A stretch of DNA of 39,486 nt from Sphaeroforma arctica JP610 (taxonomy: Eukaryota). Where the stretch lies: contig NW_014040340.1 of the NCBI RefSeq assembly GCF_001186125.1, positions 62,375 to 101,860 of the forward strand, in the 5' to 3' direction. This document shows, piece after piece, positions 11,601 to 24,954 of this stretch. Made by a program: the position numbers and the translations under genes. The stretch's first letter is position 1; the number at the start of each line of letters is the position of its first letter. The notes under the pieces were generated by a model. The model had not been told where the DNA came from. It ran no database searches and worked only from the letters and a program-made list of their open reading frames with translations.

Positions 11601-13051
11601 CGGCTACAATTCTGGTGCCAGACAGGACTGGCGTATACAACCGCAAGAGCGGATGTACCATCGGGCACATCGAAATTCATTGAGCTCACATCGTCACTGG
11701 TAAAGCATTGGCATGCTATGTGATACTAGTACGTGGACACGTTAACAAAGAGAACAGACCCTATTCGGAAGAAAGATTCACGTGCGAAGAGCATTTGACA
11801 CAAACAGCCCGACTGGGTATGATACATACCTGTCTTTGAAGACCAGAATGGAGGTTTTGTACACTTTGATGGCAAACTCCGCGTCCCTGTCTTCCGTGAA
11901 AGCATGGTACACATTCGCTTCCTTTCCTGTTGACACGCACCCGTGTATCTCATTAAAGACGCCCGCTGACATCATTTTAAATAAAATCATACGTGTTCTG
12001 GGGTCTAGAACCTGAGGATAGTATAGATAAGACAGTAAGTCGGTTGAAAACTTGGTCCAAACCATCCTGATTCGATTGCTGCCATGGTGGGTAGTTAAAC
12101 TCAATACGCATTAAAAGAAAACCCCTCCCCAGGGTTGTAGTACATGAACACAATAAAGTTTGCCCATCCCAGCGCAATCCCACAAGTGTCAATATACGCT
12201 ACGTCACAAGACGTTACCCCTATAACTTAAACCTATGATCAGCAACTGAACAACCAAGGGAAAGGCATGTGAGTACGAGTATGTCGAACAGCTCTTGCTC
12301 GTGCACTGTATGTGTCGTTCAAATGTATGTGTACCACTACTTTAGTAGAGATATAACAAGTGTGTGACTTGCCTGTTCTGTTGTAGCCCTATCGGCTTTG
12401 TCAGATGTACGATATGATGAGGAATCCGAGCCCTTCCCACTGGAGAGCTTCGATGTAGCGCCTTTCGACAGATTAGTTTCCACATTGATTTTATTGTAGT
12501 ATTTCCTCAACGTCTGTTCCTGCGGTTGCATACGCTTTCCACCAGCGCCGGCTATAAACCATAGTTATAAGCGGGAATGATGTTGATTGTCAGTAATGTT
12601 TGGGGAGAAAACCATTCCTCTGCAAGCGAACAGATCCCAAGTGTACTGATTGGCAAGCCGATATAAAAATACAGCAAAGTATCACGCATCACAAATAGGC
12701 ATACTGCAATATCGAAATGTATGTTTTCAGTCAACTTGGTTTGGTGCCATTCCAACTCACGCGGATGTAAAGTTTAGAAGAGGAACGTAGCAAGCAGGGA
12801 GGTACAAAGACACAATATTGTACGTAAAATCATACACATACACAAACACATACATAATCACATACGTCATCATGTATACTTATATACATATATAAATAAT
12901 AATAATAATATATCAACAAACACACCCAAACCCACACACCCATATATATATATGCATATAAATACACACTTATATAGATATACATGCACATATACATATC
13001 CACACATATATATACACACACATATATATATAAATAGATATATATATACAT

Positions 13052-13098
<47 letters not shown>

Positions 13099-13175
13099 AT
13101 AAATATAAATACAAAAAACAGACATGCAGAAATATATAAATACAGATATAATATGCGTATGTAAAGAATACATAG

Positions 13176-13210
<35 letters not shown>

Positions 13211-13249
13211 GATATATATAATATATATAGGGCTAGATATATATGTACG

Positions 13250-13281
<32 letters not shown>

Positions 13282-13567
13282 TACATAGATACATAGATAC
13301 TATCATACATATATATAATATATATACATATGCATACATATTTATATATATATACATATATATATGTTATATATATTTATATTCATATACATACATGCTT
13401 ATTAGATCGTTACGCAGGAATAATTACATACACATGCACATACATACATATACAGCCACACTCACACACTCATATATATATATATATATGTACATACAGC
13501 CATGTACATATACACAGACACACCCACCCACCCACACCCACGTATTCACACACCCACACACACACAC

Positions 13568-13598
<31 letters not shown>

Positions 13599-14343
13599 GT
13601 ATATAGATATACTTACATATATACATTTTGTATATGGAAAAGACAAGCAGATGCGTTTGTCCCCATAAACTCAGTATTGTATCCGATAACTAGCGGAGGT
13701 GATTACTATCCCATTTGATCGTTATGTCAAATAAATAGCTTATTGCGTATGAAAGCCAGAGAGGAGGTATAGTATAACTATATGTATTTGGACTACAGTT
13801 GCCCAATAAGGGTAATGGGTGGACACTCATACAATACTCCACTGGTTCTAACCGAACCATCGATATTTCTCAATTGATTTGCCCCTCAATATCCCCAGCA
13901 TGTACCTCAGCACTAATACAGTAGGCGCGTGAGAGACTCACGTCGTGCTAAATACGTTTAAGTAGCCTGTTTAGTCTTAAGTGCTACAATCGCCCCGTTT
14001 AGCACATAAACCCCCGTACTAATTAAATATAATAGTTCACAGACATTTCAATGGCACAAAACTCGGCACTAAACATACCGTGTGCAGGGTTTGCTTGCTG
14101 TCCACTGCCTTGGATTACAAAATCATTGGGATCTCCATAGCGCATAAACGCTTCCTGCTCAATGCCGAGAGCTATCTCATCTACCTCAGTACTGTCGTCA
14201 TAGTAATCGTCATCTTCATCTCCGTAATCATATTCCTGAGTAGTGTTTTCAGCAATATCCGTGCTTTCAGGCACAGTCTTTTCTATGGCAGTCATAGTAC
14301 TTATATTAGCAGACTCGGCTTGGTCCAAACCAAGGGTTGGCAT
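8646..14343 (-). CDS. RIO1: Serine/threonine-protein kinase RIO1 (atypical RIO kinase, 40S ribosome maturation), 8 exons, ~577 aa
   Basis: Exons 14343-14079, 12551-12373, 12011-11830, 11423-11229, 10602-10465, 10005-9795, 9567-9403, 9044-8646 splice in frame (1734 nt). Motifs: [77 protein letters not shown], and a K-rich C-terminus. The start codon choice is less certain. Confidence 0.95.
10017..10098. repeat. Intronic local duplication (32-bp unit, 50-bp period)
   Basis: aacacggaggttgtaataaagat occurs at 10017 and 10067, next to the RIO1 exon 6 acceptor. Confidence 0.85.
12830..13635. repeat. Compound TA/CA microsatellite block in RIO1 intron 1
   Basis: About 800 bp of (TA)n and (CA)n runs. 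Confidence 0.95.
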
Positions 14344-15979
14344 CACCCTATTAGAATATGTCACACAGATGCAGCGTATACTGATACTCACAGGCCTATT
14401 CAACTTGTTTTTAGCTTCTTGTGAGTCATACTAAAAATTCACGGCATGTGCTTTCCCGCATTCAATTCTGATTCGCTTCGAAAAATAAGTGATGACAGCC
14501 ACAAAAGTAATGTCGCTGCACCGCTGCACAGCCTGCGCTGCTACAGTCTAAAATCCGCTCTCTCTCTCTCTCTATGAAAGACATACGTGTTCAGATCGTT
14601 ACACCAAATACTACTAATATTGACCACAGCGTTTATTTACCCACTTTATCACAGCAAGTATTACTTGTGTCTTAACCACCGTACTGTCAGGTCTCTTGCA
14701 CCGTACTATATACAGAGTTTAAAAAAAAATTACAAAATTGTAAGACTCATTTAATGTCATGATAGCGAGACCAGAGATTGAAAAATAAATTCGATAAGTA
14801 CCAGTAATTACGTTTCAACTCTAGTTGAAGACTGTGGCATTGTTCTGGGTCTCAATAGTCTGAGCTGGTAGGGTATGATGAAGAGGTGACCTCATACTGG
14901 TCTTCAGCTTCATATGACCATGTTCGAATATTTCATGAGTATGGTATACATGGGTGTGCTATAGGCACCGCGAGTTGCACACCACCGTGTTTATATATTC
15001 TTGGTTTCACACTTCAGACATTACTGCATAGCTGCAAGCCATAGGTCTGTAAACTAGCCTTTATTTCGTCCTGTCGAAATTACATTTGCACAATACAGTA
15101 TTTAAGGCCTTTCCAAAAACGTCTGAATTCATATTTCTCAACGCTGAGCATATCCCGCTATTTCAGCACAAAGAGTGTTCATCTCTACACTACGATGATG
15201 TATAAGGTCACGGCGAGGGGTTTTGCGCCAGTTTTCAATATGAAAATGTAACTTTCCTCAGGAGTATGAAGCACTTATACTGTGCGCACTCGCCACTATT
15301 GAGTGAGAAGTGCTCACATTATACGTATTCATACTTCTTGTACATTTAGGGAATTTTGGTTGCAAATTAAATCAAGGGGTCAACAGTAATAATTTCATTT
15401 ATTACTTCTCGTCATCCTTAATATTCCCTTTACTGTAGTCTCTATACTATCAAATTAATTCAAAGGTCAGTAATACTTTTTTAATTTATTATATTTCACA
15501 ATCCTTTTTATCATATTCCATACCATAATCATACCATTTACTTACTACTGTCACCTCCCCAAACATATCCCACTCTTCTGTTGTCTGAGAAACCTCAGAA
15601 AATAGCGGACAATACATCTGTATCCCCTCAGATGTGACACTTCGGAAGCGGTTTCTATTTTAAGGCAATATTCCTCGCTTCGCTCTTTACACTCCCATAG
15701 TTTCTATAAACAAAATCACTACTATTCAATTCTGTACCGAATTCCTAACTAACACGGCACATCACCCCGTGTACTCACTATAGGCACGCCAATGTTTTCA
15801 TTTTTGGCATAGATCTATTCACATTCTTATCAAGTGGCACAGTCTGCACAGTCGTGCACTTTGTACAACCACCAGCACTTTTGCTTCTCCTATTCCAAGG
15901 TAAGAGGAACAGGCCGATAACCAACTCCATCAACGGTGCTAGCCTTCTCGGGCCATAACCCACTCAGCACCCATTGCAG

Positions 15980-18828
15980 CTACCACCGCATTCCATAACC
16001 CGACCCATCTGACTTATACACGTCCTTAACACCAATGTGGTCCGACGAGAGAGTGTACTCCGGACGGCACGGTGCGCTATTTCCGTTGACCATGGCATCT
16101 CCTCTGTGACTTCCAGCCCCTTTGTTTGTTGCAGTGCCCAGGCCATTCATACTATAGGTCGGCTCTCCACCTGAGCTTCCTAAGCGCTCGCTCAGGTTGA
16201 CGCTGGTGCCGGCCAGGTTAAAGGGGGTTTGCTGGTGCGTGTAGTGCTGCATTTGTTGCGGATGTACAGTCGCGGATGCCCCTGTCCACATTGCTCGACC
16301 TATCATGGCAGTATTCTTGCTGCCAGGCTGCATGGCCTCACTATCCTCTCGGCCCCCGAGCCTCTGTGTTCTAAATTGCTGTTGCTGCGGCTGTACACAG
16401 GAATCGTTCTGGTTGGGTGTGCTGTTGGTAGTATCAGCAGACCCATTGGCGGATGTTCCGTTGCCACCACTAGTTCCAGGCGGCTGGCGAGAGTAGACCT
16501 TCGCATTCGCCACAGCAGTCTCGTAGGCCTGCATGTTGCTGAGTTGCTCCTCAGGGGAGTGGGAGTAAGTGCATACGAATTTCACTCTGTCTGTGGTCAA
16601 ACCTTTGCCGGTGCAGCCCTTATTGTTACATCGGAACATTGTCTGGAAGAGATCGCTCCAAAATAACATCTCGGTCTTGTCGTGCGCATAATTGCATACT
16701 GGTTTGATACACAGACCACTCGAGGCAAAGAAATCGCACTTCTTAGACCGGAAAGGGCGTGGGAGATCGTTCTTACCCAGCCAGTTGTGGCTGTCATGAG
16801 GTGAAGACGCCTGCGGATCATCCCAACTATACAATCCGTGAGAGGCACATGCCGGCGTATTCAACTTCCCGCCATGGCTACTAAGCCCATCTTGCATATT
16901 GGATACGCCGGGATTGTCACCGAGCAAGGCCGTGGCGGAAGCTTCGTTGCTCTGAGTAATATATACATTTCTATGCGTTCCATATTGACTAATCGCACCG
17001 CCAGCGTTCTGGGGGGACATACCGACACCTCCATTGGACCATTCGCTCCCCACTCTATCCCCACGACCAGGCTGTACTGTAACGGTGTTCACTGTATCTT
17101 CGTAGCGGAACTTACTTGCGAGCTGCTCATCTGGCGAGTGCGCACTCAGACACCCGTTGGCACGGCCCAGACACCCAGGGGTTTTACATGGAATCATGCC
17201 TTGGTATAAAGCGGTCCACCAATCTTTCTCCTTGTTACCGTGTGCGAAATTGCAGACTTCCTTGCTACATTTACCCTGCTTGAAGAAGTCACATTCGCGC
17301 GACTTGAATGGTCGGCGAGGTAGCTCAGTTTTGCTCAGCCAGTTGCCATCGGCATGCTGAGAAAAGCTATCAGCGTCACACAAATCATCAAATTCGTCGT
17401 TAGTACCCCAATTTTGTTGCATCATTAATCGCTGGTTTTGGGATTGGTGCATTTGCTGTGTTCTGTAGGCGCCCTTGCCGGCTTCACCCACGTACGACGA
17501 GTGCGATTGCAGCACAGGTGTGTTACCCGAGGCCGATGTATTCGAAGATCCAAAATACTCCAGGCCGTTCCCCGACGAATGAGACGACGTGTACGTACTA
17601 CTGAGACTACTTCTGGTCGTGTGGGTCAGGTCTTCATGCGACATAACCAACGGCATACAATTAACCGCACCCCTTCCGTTGCGATTGATGGAACCATCAT
17701 CAGCATTGAAGGAATCCTCAAAACTGGTATTTGCGCATGCGCGTATCTGAGGCATTCCACCCACACTTCCTACGGACACACGCACATCAGTACTGTCATT
17801 GCTGAACGAGCTATGTCCCAGACTGCAGTGGGAGAGCTCGCGTGTGAGAACAGCGGTCGATGATTCCAGGCCAAGACTGTCTATCTCGAAGGTTAGAAAT
17901 ATACGCAAACGTCGTATCGCCAACTCCAGGTCGCTTAGTGAGGCCGATGGGCACATCAGCCCGTGGATGAGATCATCGAAACGGTCGTGTAGCGTTCGGG
18001 CTGTTACTACATCGGTACTATCGCAAAGCTGAAGAAAGACAAGGGAAATGCGTACTGAAAGCTGAGAAAGAATGTAGGACATGGTGCACGACACGCTCTT
18101 GATTTCAGTTTCCGTGCAATGATTTCACAAGCATTGTTTTTCATCTGGCGGATACACTAAAGCCACGCTTGTGTGTGTGTGAGACCTTAGTACAAGAGTC
18201 GCGGCACTACTCACCAAACCAATCAAACTGTTGGGCGAGCTGCATTTATCATTGAAACAAAGTTGCACAGCATTCAACTCAACCTCAGAACTTTTATGCA
18301 ATTGTGGAGACTTACATTGTCCCAATGATTTAGCTCCGAGTTGTCGATGTCGCGCATTACATCCGGCGGTGCACCTTTGTGGGCGTGCCTGGTCATCTGC
18401 GATCTCAGTAGCCTGATCTTCTGGTTGGCGATATTCCTCATTGACTTCGGCCGATTGATGAATGAATAGTTAGTAGCTTCAGGCGTAGCACCATGCAATG
18501 TTACAGCGTCTGAATTTATTGCTACATACTAAAATGATGCTTACATTAAGGGTTAGTTTTTATAAGCAATCGAAGATATACTTTTTTAAGTTATGTAGTT
18601 CATCGACAGCACATACATCTCAATTCGATGTTTTTGAATACGGTAAATTCAGTACCCAGAACACATTGTCCACATTTATGATAGGTAAGAAAATTGCATG
18701 CTGAAATTCAGTGTTGGATTATCAGAAAACGCAATAGCATATTCGTATTCTTACCTGATACACCTTGCTGCAGCGGCCACTATCTTGTAGAGTCAAATCA
18801 AGCACTATGATGACAGGTCCACCGTATG
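15980..18828 (-). CDS. Uncharacterised CCCH (C3H1) zinc-finger protein with two internally duplicated double-finger modules; 5' end unresolved
   Basis: Large terminal exon 18028-15980 (acceptor ttcttcag|CTT), preceded by in-phase exons 18420-18316 (donor gtaagt) and 18828-18755 (donor gtaaga). Fingers: CDFFKQGKCSKEVCNFAH and CDFFASSGLCIKPVCNYAH, with S/G/Q/N-rich linkers. Confidence 0.8.
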
Positions 18829-19124
18829 CTGCAAATAACTGATATAGGTTCTCAATTTCGGATGACCTATGCTCTTGAAACATCTTCTTCACTTCTTGCA
18901 GCAGAGATGCCAGTATCTAGGTACAAAAGCGAGATTTACAAACAATACACAGTACTTGAGATTGTGGCAGTCAATATGTCCTTACGATATTCTGGTACCA
19001 GGCAAAGTCCAGTTAATTTCATCAATAAGGTCTACCGGGCGTTTCACACACAAGTGCAAAGTTGAAACCGGTTTTGATAGTGTAAAAATCAGACTGAGCT
19101 CTTTTTTTTACCATATACTAACAC

Positions 19125-19938
19125 CTGCTATACGGTGATAGATCACGTTGGGCTCAGCGTGAACCAGAAGCGCAATACTTTCATCATAAAAAGCAACGCA
19201 CTCTGCAACAGCAGAACAATATGAACACTTGCTGAAAGAAGTTACGAACACATCACGAGATGATGTCATAGACTCATACCACTTTTCTTGGTTGCTCTAT
19301 ACTCAATAGGTATCGTGTAAAATGGTGTCATATACGCATGGTATAATACCTAGAAGTCCAGCACATTGAAGTCACTCACTTATACTGCGTGCATTTGTTC
19401 TTAGACTTAATTTTTCGGTATGTATGCTTTTCCATCTGAATGTTCAATGCACGAGATCGGTATGCGATCAGATGCAGACTCACCCGAAATGGCCGAAGCA
19501 GTTTTGTCTCATCGTGATCAACTATCAATTCACGTCGCAATTCAGCTTCTCCACCTCCATGTTGAAGGTACAACATATTCGAATGATATACTGACGTACT
19601 CATTCACGCCCTATTCCCTGATCTAAATTGAATGCCAATGTAGAGAGCGCATCTCTATCGTTTGAATCAGGTGACAGAGTACTCGTATCATGCAATCCTT
19701 CAGTGGTAGTAACAGCGCTAATCAAATCAGATGGTCCGCTGCTCGTGTGACTAGCCTGTACGAGTGCGTGTGTGTATCTCTGGCAGTGTGCTATGTTTTT
19801 GTGATAATACAGTCCATGTCGAGATAACCACAGATCAGACACTACTTTATCACAAATTTTGAATTGGTACATTCCAGTGAATTTGAAATGTCTGTATTTG
19901 AGCTGTTGCTGAGCCCAACACCAATAGATTCTCTGCAT
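19125..19938 (-). CDS. Possible further 5' exons of the CCCH zinc-finger gene
   Basis: A phase-compatible candidate exon at 19231-19125 (KCSYCSAVAECVAFYDE...), gtgagt donors near 19379 and 19490, and ORFs 19376..19603 and 19600..19938. No recognisable homology. Confidence 0.3.
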
Positions 19939-21373
19939 TTACCCAAAATCTGAGGCATTTTCCGTTTGTTTTTATTTCGTTCTCCTTTCCCGGCTCCTCT
20001 GGCGGAGTCATCTCAGGCTCTCTCTCTCTAGTCTCTACTGTCTAACACCACTCATCAAGTCCGCACTCATAACAGATGATGCCCGTAGTACTGATAAATA
20101 TGATCGTTCGAGTGATTCATTATATCACAAGGTCGAACCCACACAAACGGTCTCTGACACTTTAAATATATCCCGAAGCCTTTTTAAAAATATATTTGCT
20201 GTAATTCCACTTCGACTGAGTAAGAATGCTTAGCTCAACAGTTCACCCTTTTCTCGGAAAACCATAGTCCAAGATTGTTATTGACATACAACACCTTTAA
20301 ATTGGTTCGGATCGAATGCCGCGAGTGAAGTAATAAAACATTGCTCTAGTTTTCTCGCCCTATGTATCATTGTCCGCGAGTTAAATGTAATTGGCAGCGC
20401 ATACAGGAACTGCAGATGATGAACAGATACTTGCATTGCATTGTTTAAATGTGAATTGAGAGTTGTATATAATTATATTCTGTTTAAAATGACAGTGCCA
20501 CATATTTACGGTTTTCTATTAGATCAAATTGGTGCAATTCACGCCGGGATCAACGTCGACTCCAAGAAAGTCGGAAAATGTGAAGCAGATATGAGCACGC
20601 TTGTAGTTCTGAGTGTTACTTCTATTTATGGTAGGGAGATCGATATCATCTATTTAAAAAATTTCCTTGTCTGCGGAAAATCAGAAGCGTAGGCTGCCGG
20701 CCATAGTAGAGGCCAGTATACGAAGATATACGAGCGAGTGTTGGAATTGGGGGACTAGCTACGCGCAATACATTCCTACATGTGAAGTGTACCAAGAAAA
20801 AGGTGGAAGCATGTGACTTTGACCCAGATCCACCAGACCTAGAGAGGAGCTGCCATTCATTTCGCGATCAAGGTCTTTACCAGCATCACCTTCAAGAAAG
20901 AACCTTTTTCTTAACTCGAGTTTAAGGTACTTTCCAATCAGTGTACAGCGTGCAGGAAACTGAGAAAGTCAATACCTAATACGCATGTGAATGTTGTATG
21001 CTACATACAAGCGTAGATAACCTAGGCTGCCCCGCCGCCCAGCGCTACACGAGACATGGGGCACGCAAACGATAGCCCAGTCATCAAGCATATGCGACGC
21101 TGGCGTCTTTGAAACTTCACAGCTTCTTCGGTATATCGGGAAGTTGAGAATTGGATCTGATTTGATACAAAACAGATTGATGGTCTCGTTCCGTATTTGA
21201 ATCCTCCAAACTATTCAAATGATCCTCGCTTGTTGTTCTAATCACATATTACCTACAAGATACATCCCGGGTATGTAGACTCAATGTAAGATCCACGTTC
21301 AATTTTAAAGATTAAATTCCGTACACCATGGTGTTTAATTGTTTATTTCATTAGCTATAGATCGTCGGGTAGT

Positions 21374-24300
21374 TTACCTGACGCTACCACGCGTGTTACG
21401 GGTGCGCCGAGTTCGTGTCGGCCTTTTCTCCGTCTCGAGTACCGACGCTATATTTGGATTCCTTCAGTATGAGAAAGTCAGGCGAGAAAGAATGCTTAGA
21501 TATACAAGTTAGCAGACAGTATGAAACGGTGTATACTCTTAAACACGTGCTGAGATACTTACCGGGAAAAAACGCCGAGCTGAACTGTGCATGATGCGAG
21601 GAATATATAAACAGAACAGTATCGACCGCACGAGATATGAAGCAATTATGTAAGCTCCGTCCTATTGATTACCTGTTTTCCAGCTCGCCATCGAAGGCGT
21701 CGGTCGGACTTGCATTTGCCTGTAAAGCATGGGGTATGCAGTACCAAAGCGTGAGTGGGTGTGGAGTATTAGAAATAAGAAAGCATTTTTTTGGGTGCGA
21801 ATAGACCACCCGTGTTTTACAAAGCAGCCTCTGGTTGTCCCGTACATAAATATTTATTGGACCCGATATGCACGACAACACCCCCCGCCCATATGACAGC
21901 AACTATAGTTTACCTTCTCGGGCTGAGTGGCATCTACCATATATATGTCCTCGTCATCAGAAGACACTGGCAGTTGCCTTTTCACGGCAGTCTGTGGCGT
22001 GTAGGTTGTTTCGCTTGGCACAGCGTCTTGCATGATCACTGCAGCGAGTGTGGGATGATGCAAAGAATGAAGACACATAAGAAAGCGAGTACATTGGTAT
22101 GTACCCCAGATAGATGCAATCTGTGATGGATATAGAAAGACGCAATACCAACTGGGAGAAACATGATTACATATCCAATGAATAGAACTAAGTATAATGA
22201 TAATGAAAAAACCTGACAGATGAATCAAAGTCACGGCCTGTGCGATGATTGATTGATTAACTTGTATCTAGAAACTACATCACGGCAGTTTGTAGTATGC
22301 GGCAGAATACGGTCTAGCTACACGCGAGTACTTTAGAGCATGGTCGCGTCACTGTCATCAAGGCCCACGAAAATCCTAAAACCAAGTTTTCGTGCAGCAA
22401 ACCACATTTACCGTCTTCCGCCAGTGCCTGCGTGGAGAGGATATCTGGGGGTTGGGTCTGTGTAAGATCGTTGAAGCCTTGTGAAGCCTCGACATCCATA
22501 TCCGCTTTCTCTGGAGCGGAGGGGCTGTCCGTGGCCGTCTGCTCAGTTTTGAGTTGCGTGTCTTCGGTAGTGTCCATATAGGCCTCGTCCCCTTGCTCTG
22601 TGGTCAGCTCGGCATCCTGATATATTAAATGTGCAGCTATTTATGAGACTAATTGTACAGCATTGTATATACGAATCGTGTATTCAGTGGATTGTGGGTG
22701 AATGTGCAATGTGTTGGTAGCATAGTTTTCTTTAAATAAGCAATGAAATTGGAATCCATAGAAAAGCCAACCAGGTACCACAAATATACAGCCGGCATGT
22801 TAAACATACACACACAGCTGTGTCATTGCACACACATAGCTGTCGCAATATACGAATATCTACATGCTCCAGCGTAGGCTATATCATCCAGCTCGTTTCG
22901 TGCGCGACAATGAAATGTATCGGCAGGCACAGTATCGCTGGCGGACTAGAATACAAACAGGCACAGTATCGCTGGCGGACTAGAATACAAACAGGCACAG
23001 TATCGCTGGCGGACTAGAATACATACAGGCACACGACGAGCATCTCAACCACACGTACGGTGCAGAGCGCACTCTCTCGACGTCTTCTCGCAAAGCAATA
23101 CAGCAAAATTAGCAAGCTATCAAATAAGCACATGAATCAGTACACACCCCTTTATGTTTAGCCTCAAGTCGTAATTCGTACTCCTCCAGCTCCGGCCTAG
23201 TCTCGGGCTTGCTTTTCTTCACCCGAGCGACTATATCCTTGAAACATTTGTATACAGTTTCATCGCCCATCTTATCTATGTAGCACTGTGGTCGAAAAAA
23301 GAAAAAAAAAGTCCAAAAGGCATTAGTACTTTCAGATAAAGACTCAAAGTAGGTATCTGCATCACCTCACGCTAGTATATTAGATAGGAGACAAACAAGA
23401 TACTACTCGACCCCAGCATCGCAAAACGGCTTAGCCTTCGCTCAAGAAGACCATACTTGGTGCGGAATTTACCAAAAAGCTAGAGGTACAAACTAAATTC
23501 GCCTTTAAAACGTTGACATTATCAAAAAATATATCTACAACTTCCACTTGTAGTGAACCAGGTGAGAAGCCTACATACGCCCAAACCAAATACTAAGGGC
23601 ATTGTAATTCAAACAGAATCAAGCGGGAGGCTCCAAATACATCGGAACCCATTTCAAGGACACTATACTGCCATTGCAGTCCGCATTTATGAAACGACGA
23701 GATTTCTTACCTTCTCATTCTGGATGAGCTTTTCCGTGCCCTTTTGCGTGAACTTGAGTTTTGTGAGGCAGAAAGCCAAGTCACGCCATTGCCTGTACTC
23801 GTAGGTGGATTCGAATCTCTTGCACAGTTTCTCGATAAGGGATTCGGACTGCGTGCATTGGGGATGGTATTTGAGCGTGAAAAAAGCATGAGAAGGAAAA
23901 TCTCAAACACACGTGCATACAACAATTATTTCATCTGCTTCGGAAGCTGTTAGTATGTCTGATATCAGCGGATAGTGACAACAATTTATCTTTGAACACG
24001 ATTGCATACCTGTTTGTCCCTTTCGATGTATGTGAGTAGTTTTTCCATTATCCGCCTGAACTTCTCAATCGGTATCGCTGCAGATATAGGAGTACGAAAG
24101 GATTAGCAGGAAGTATATCATGCGCATCGTATTGATGCCACCATTGCATAGGCGTTGACCGCCATGGTGATTTTACGAGCACTTCTATACTTATCCATAT
24201 AGTTTAATCTCAAGGAATGGGCGAAAGCTTGCAGCATGTAGCATTCGTGAAGAAGTTGAAACACTAAGACGCAGGAGCACGAGATACACATGAACAACGC

Positions 24301-24868
24301 GAGTGCTTACGTAGCATGGCAACAAGGAGCTCAGTTCTGACCACAGGTCACTTTGTAGTCTGTACATTTAACGGGTCATAGGAATTCTTATGCACACATA
24401 CATTCTTTTTTACTGGACAGTTTGCTGATTATATCTGGCAGGATGTTGTAGACAGCGTTCTCCTGTGAAATGGGAACAGTGGAAAAGGACAATACGTTAG
24501 CCATCAACCTTCACTCCAGGACGGAACAAAAGTGAAAGCAGGGAGTGGTTTAAACCCGAGAGAATTGATACGAGGTCCTTCCATTTAGTCGTCTACCCAT
24601 CCAACCACAGTCGGGAAGCGCTCAATGGCACAGTAATAGAGGCACACGAACTGATCCAAATACAACATTTAGGCACAGGTTCGAGATTGTTTACGAAGGC
24701 TTTCCCAACTAGTTGTCATACGTGTACGTTCGTCTGTGATTGTTGTATGCGAACTACGTGCAACATCGGGCTACGACGACAGATAATTTCACTCATCGAT
24801 TTTTAATACAGGTCTGCGTTTATTAGCCCCATTTTTGATATTTTAAGTTTACGTCGTGCATACTATAG

Positions 24869-24954
<86 letters not shown>

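Noticed and set aside
12830..13718. Y/I/C/V/H-rich ORFs here and at 24960-25256, 28759-29492 and 35877-36489
   Set aside because: They are read-throughs of dinucleotide or hexamer microsatellites inside introns.
14711..15739. Possible Tc1/mariner-like element (ta-cagagtt ... aattctg-ta)
   Set aside because: The inverted match is only ~9 bp with a mismatch, does not extend, and no transposase remnant is recognisable.
16229..18032. Plus-strand ORFs overlapping the zinc-finger exon
   Set aside because: They are antisense shadows of a long coding exon with no independent motifs.
22924..23033. 34-bp repeats resembling a CRISPR array
   Set aside because: The units are directly adjacent with no spacers, there are no cas genes, and the site is a eukaryotic intron.
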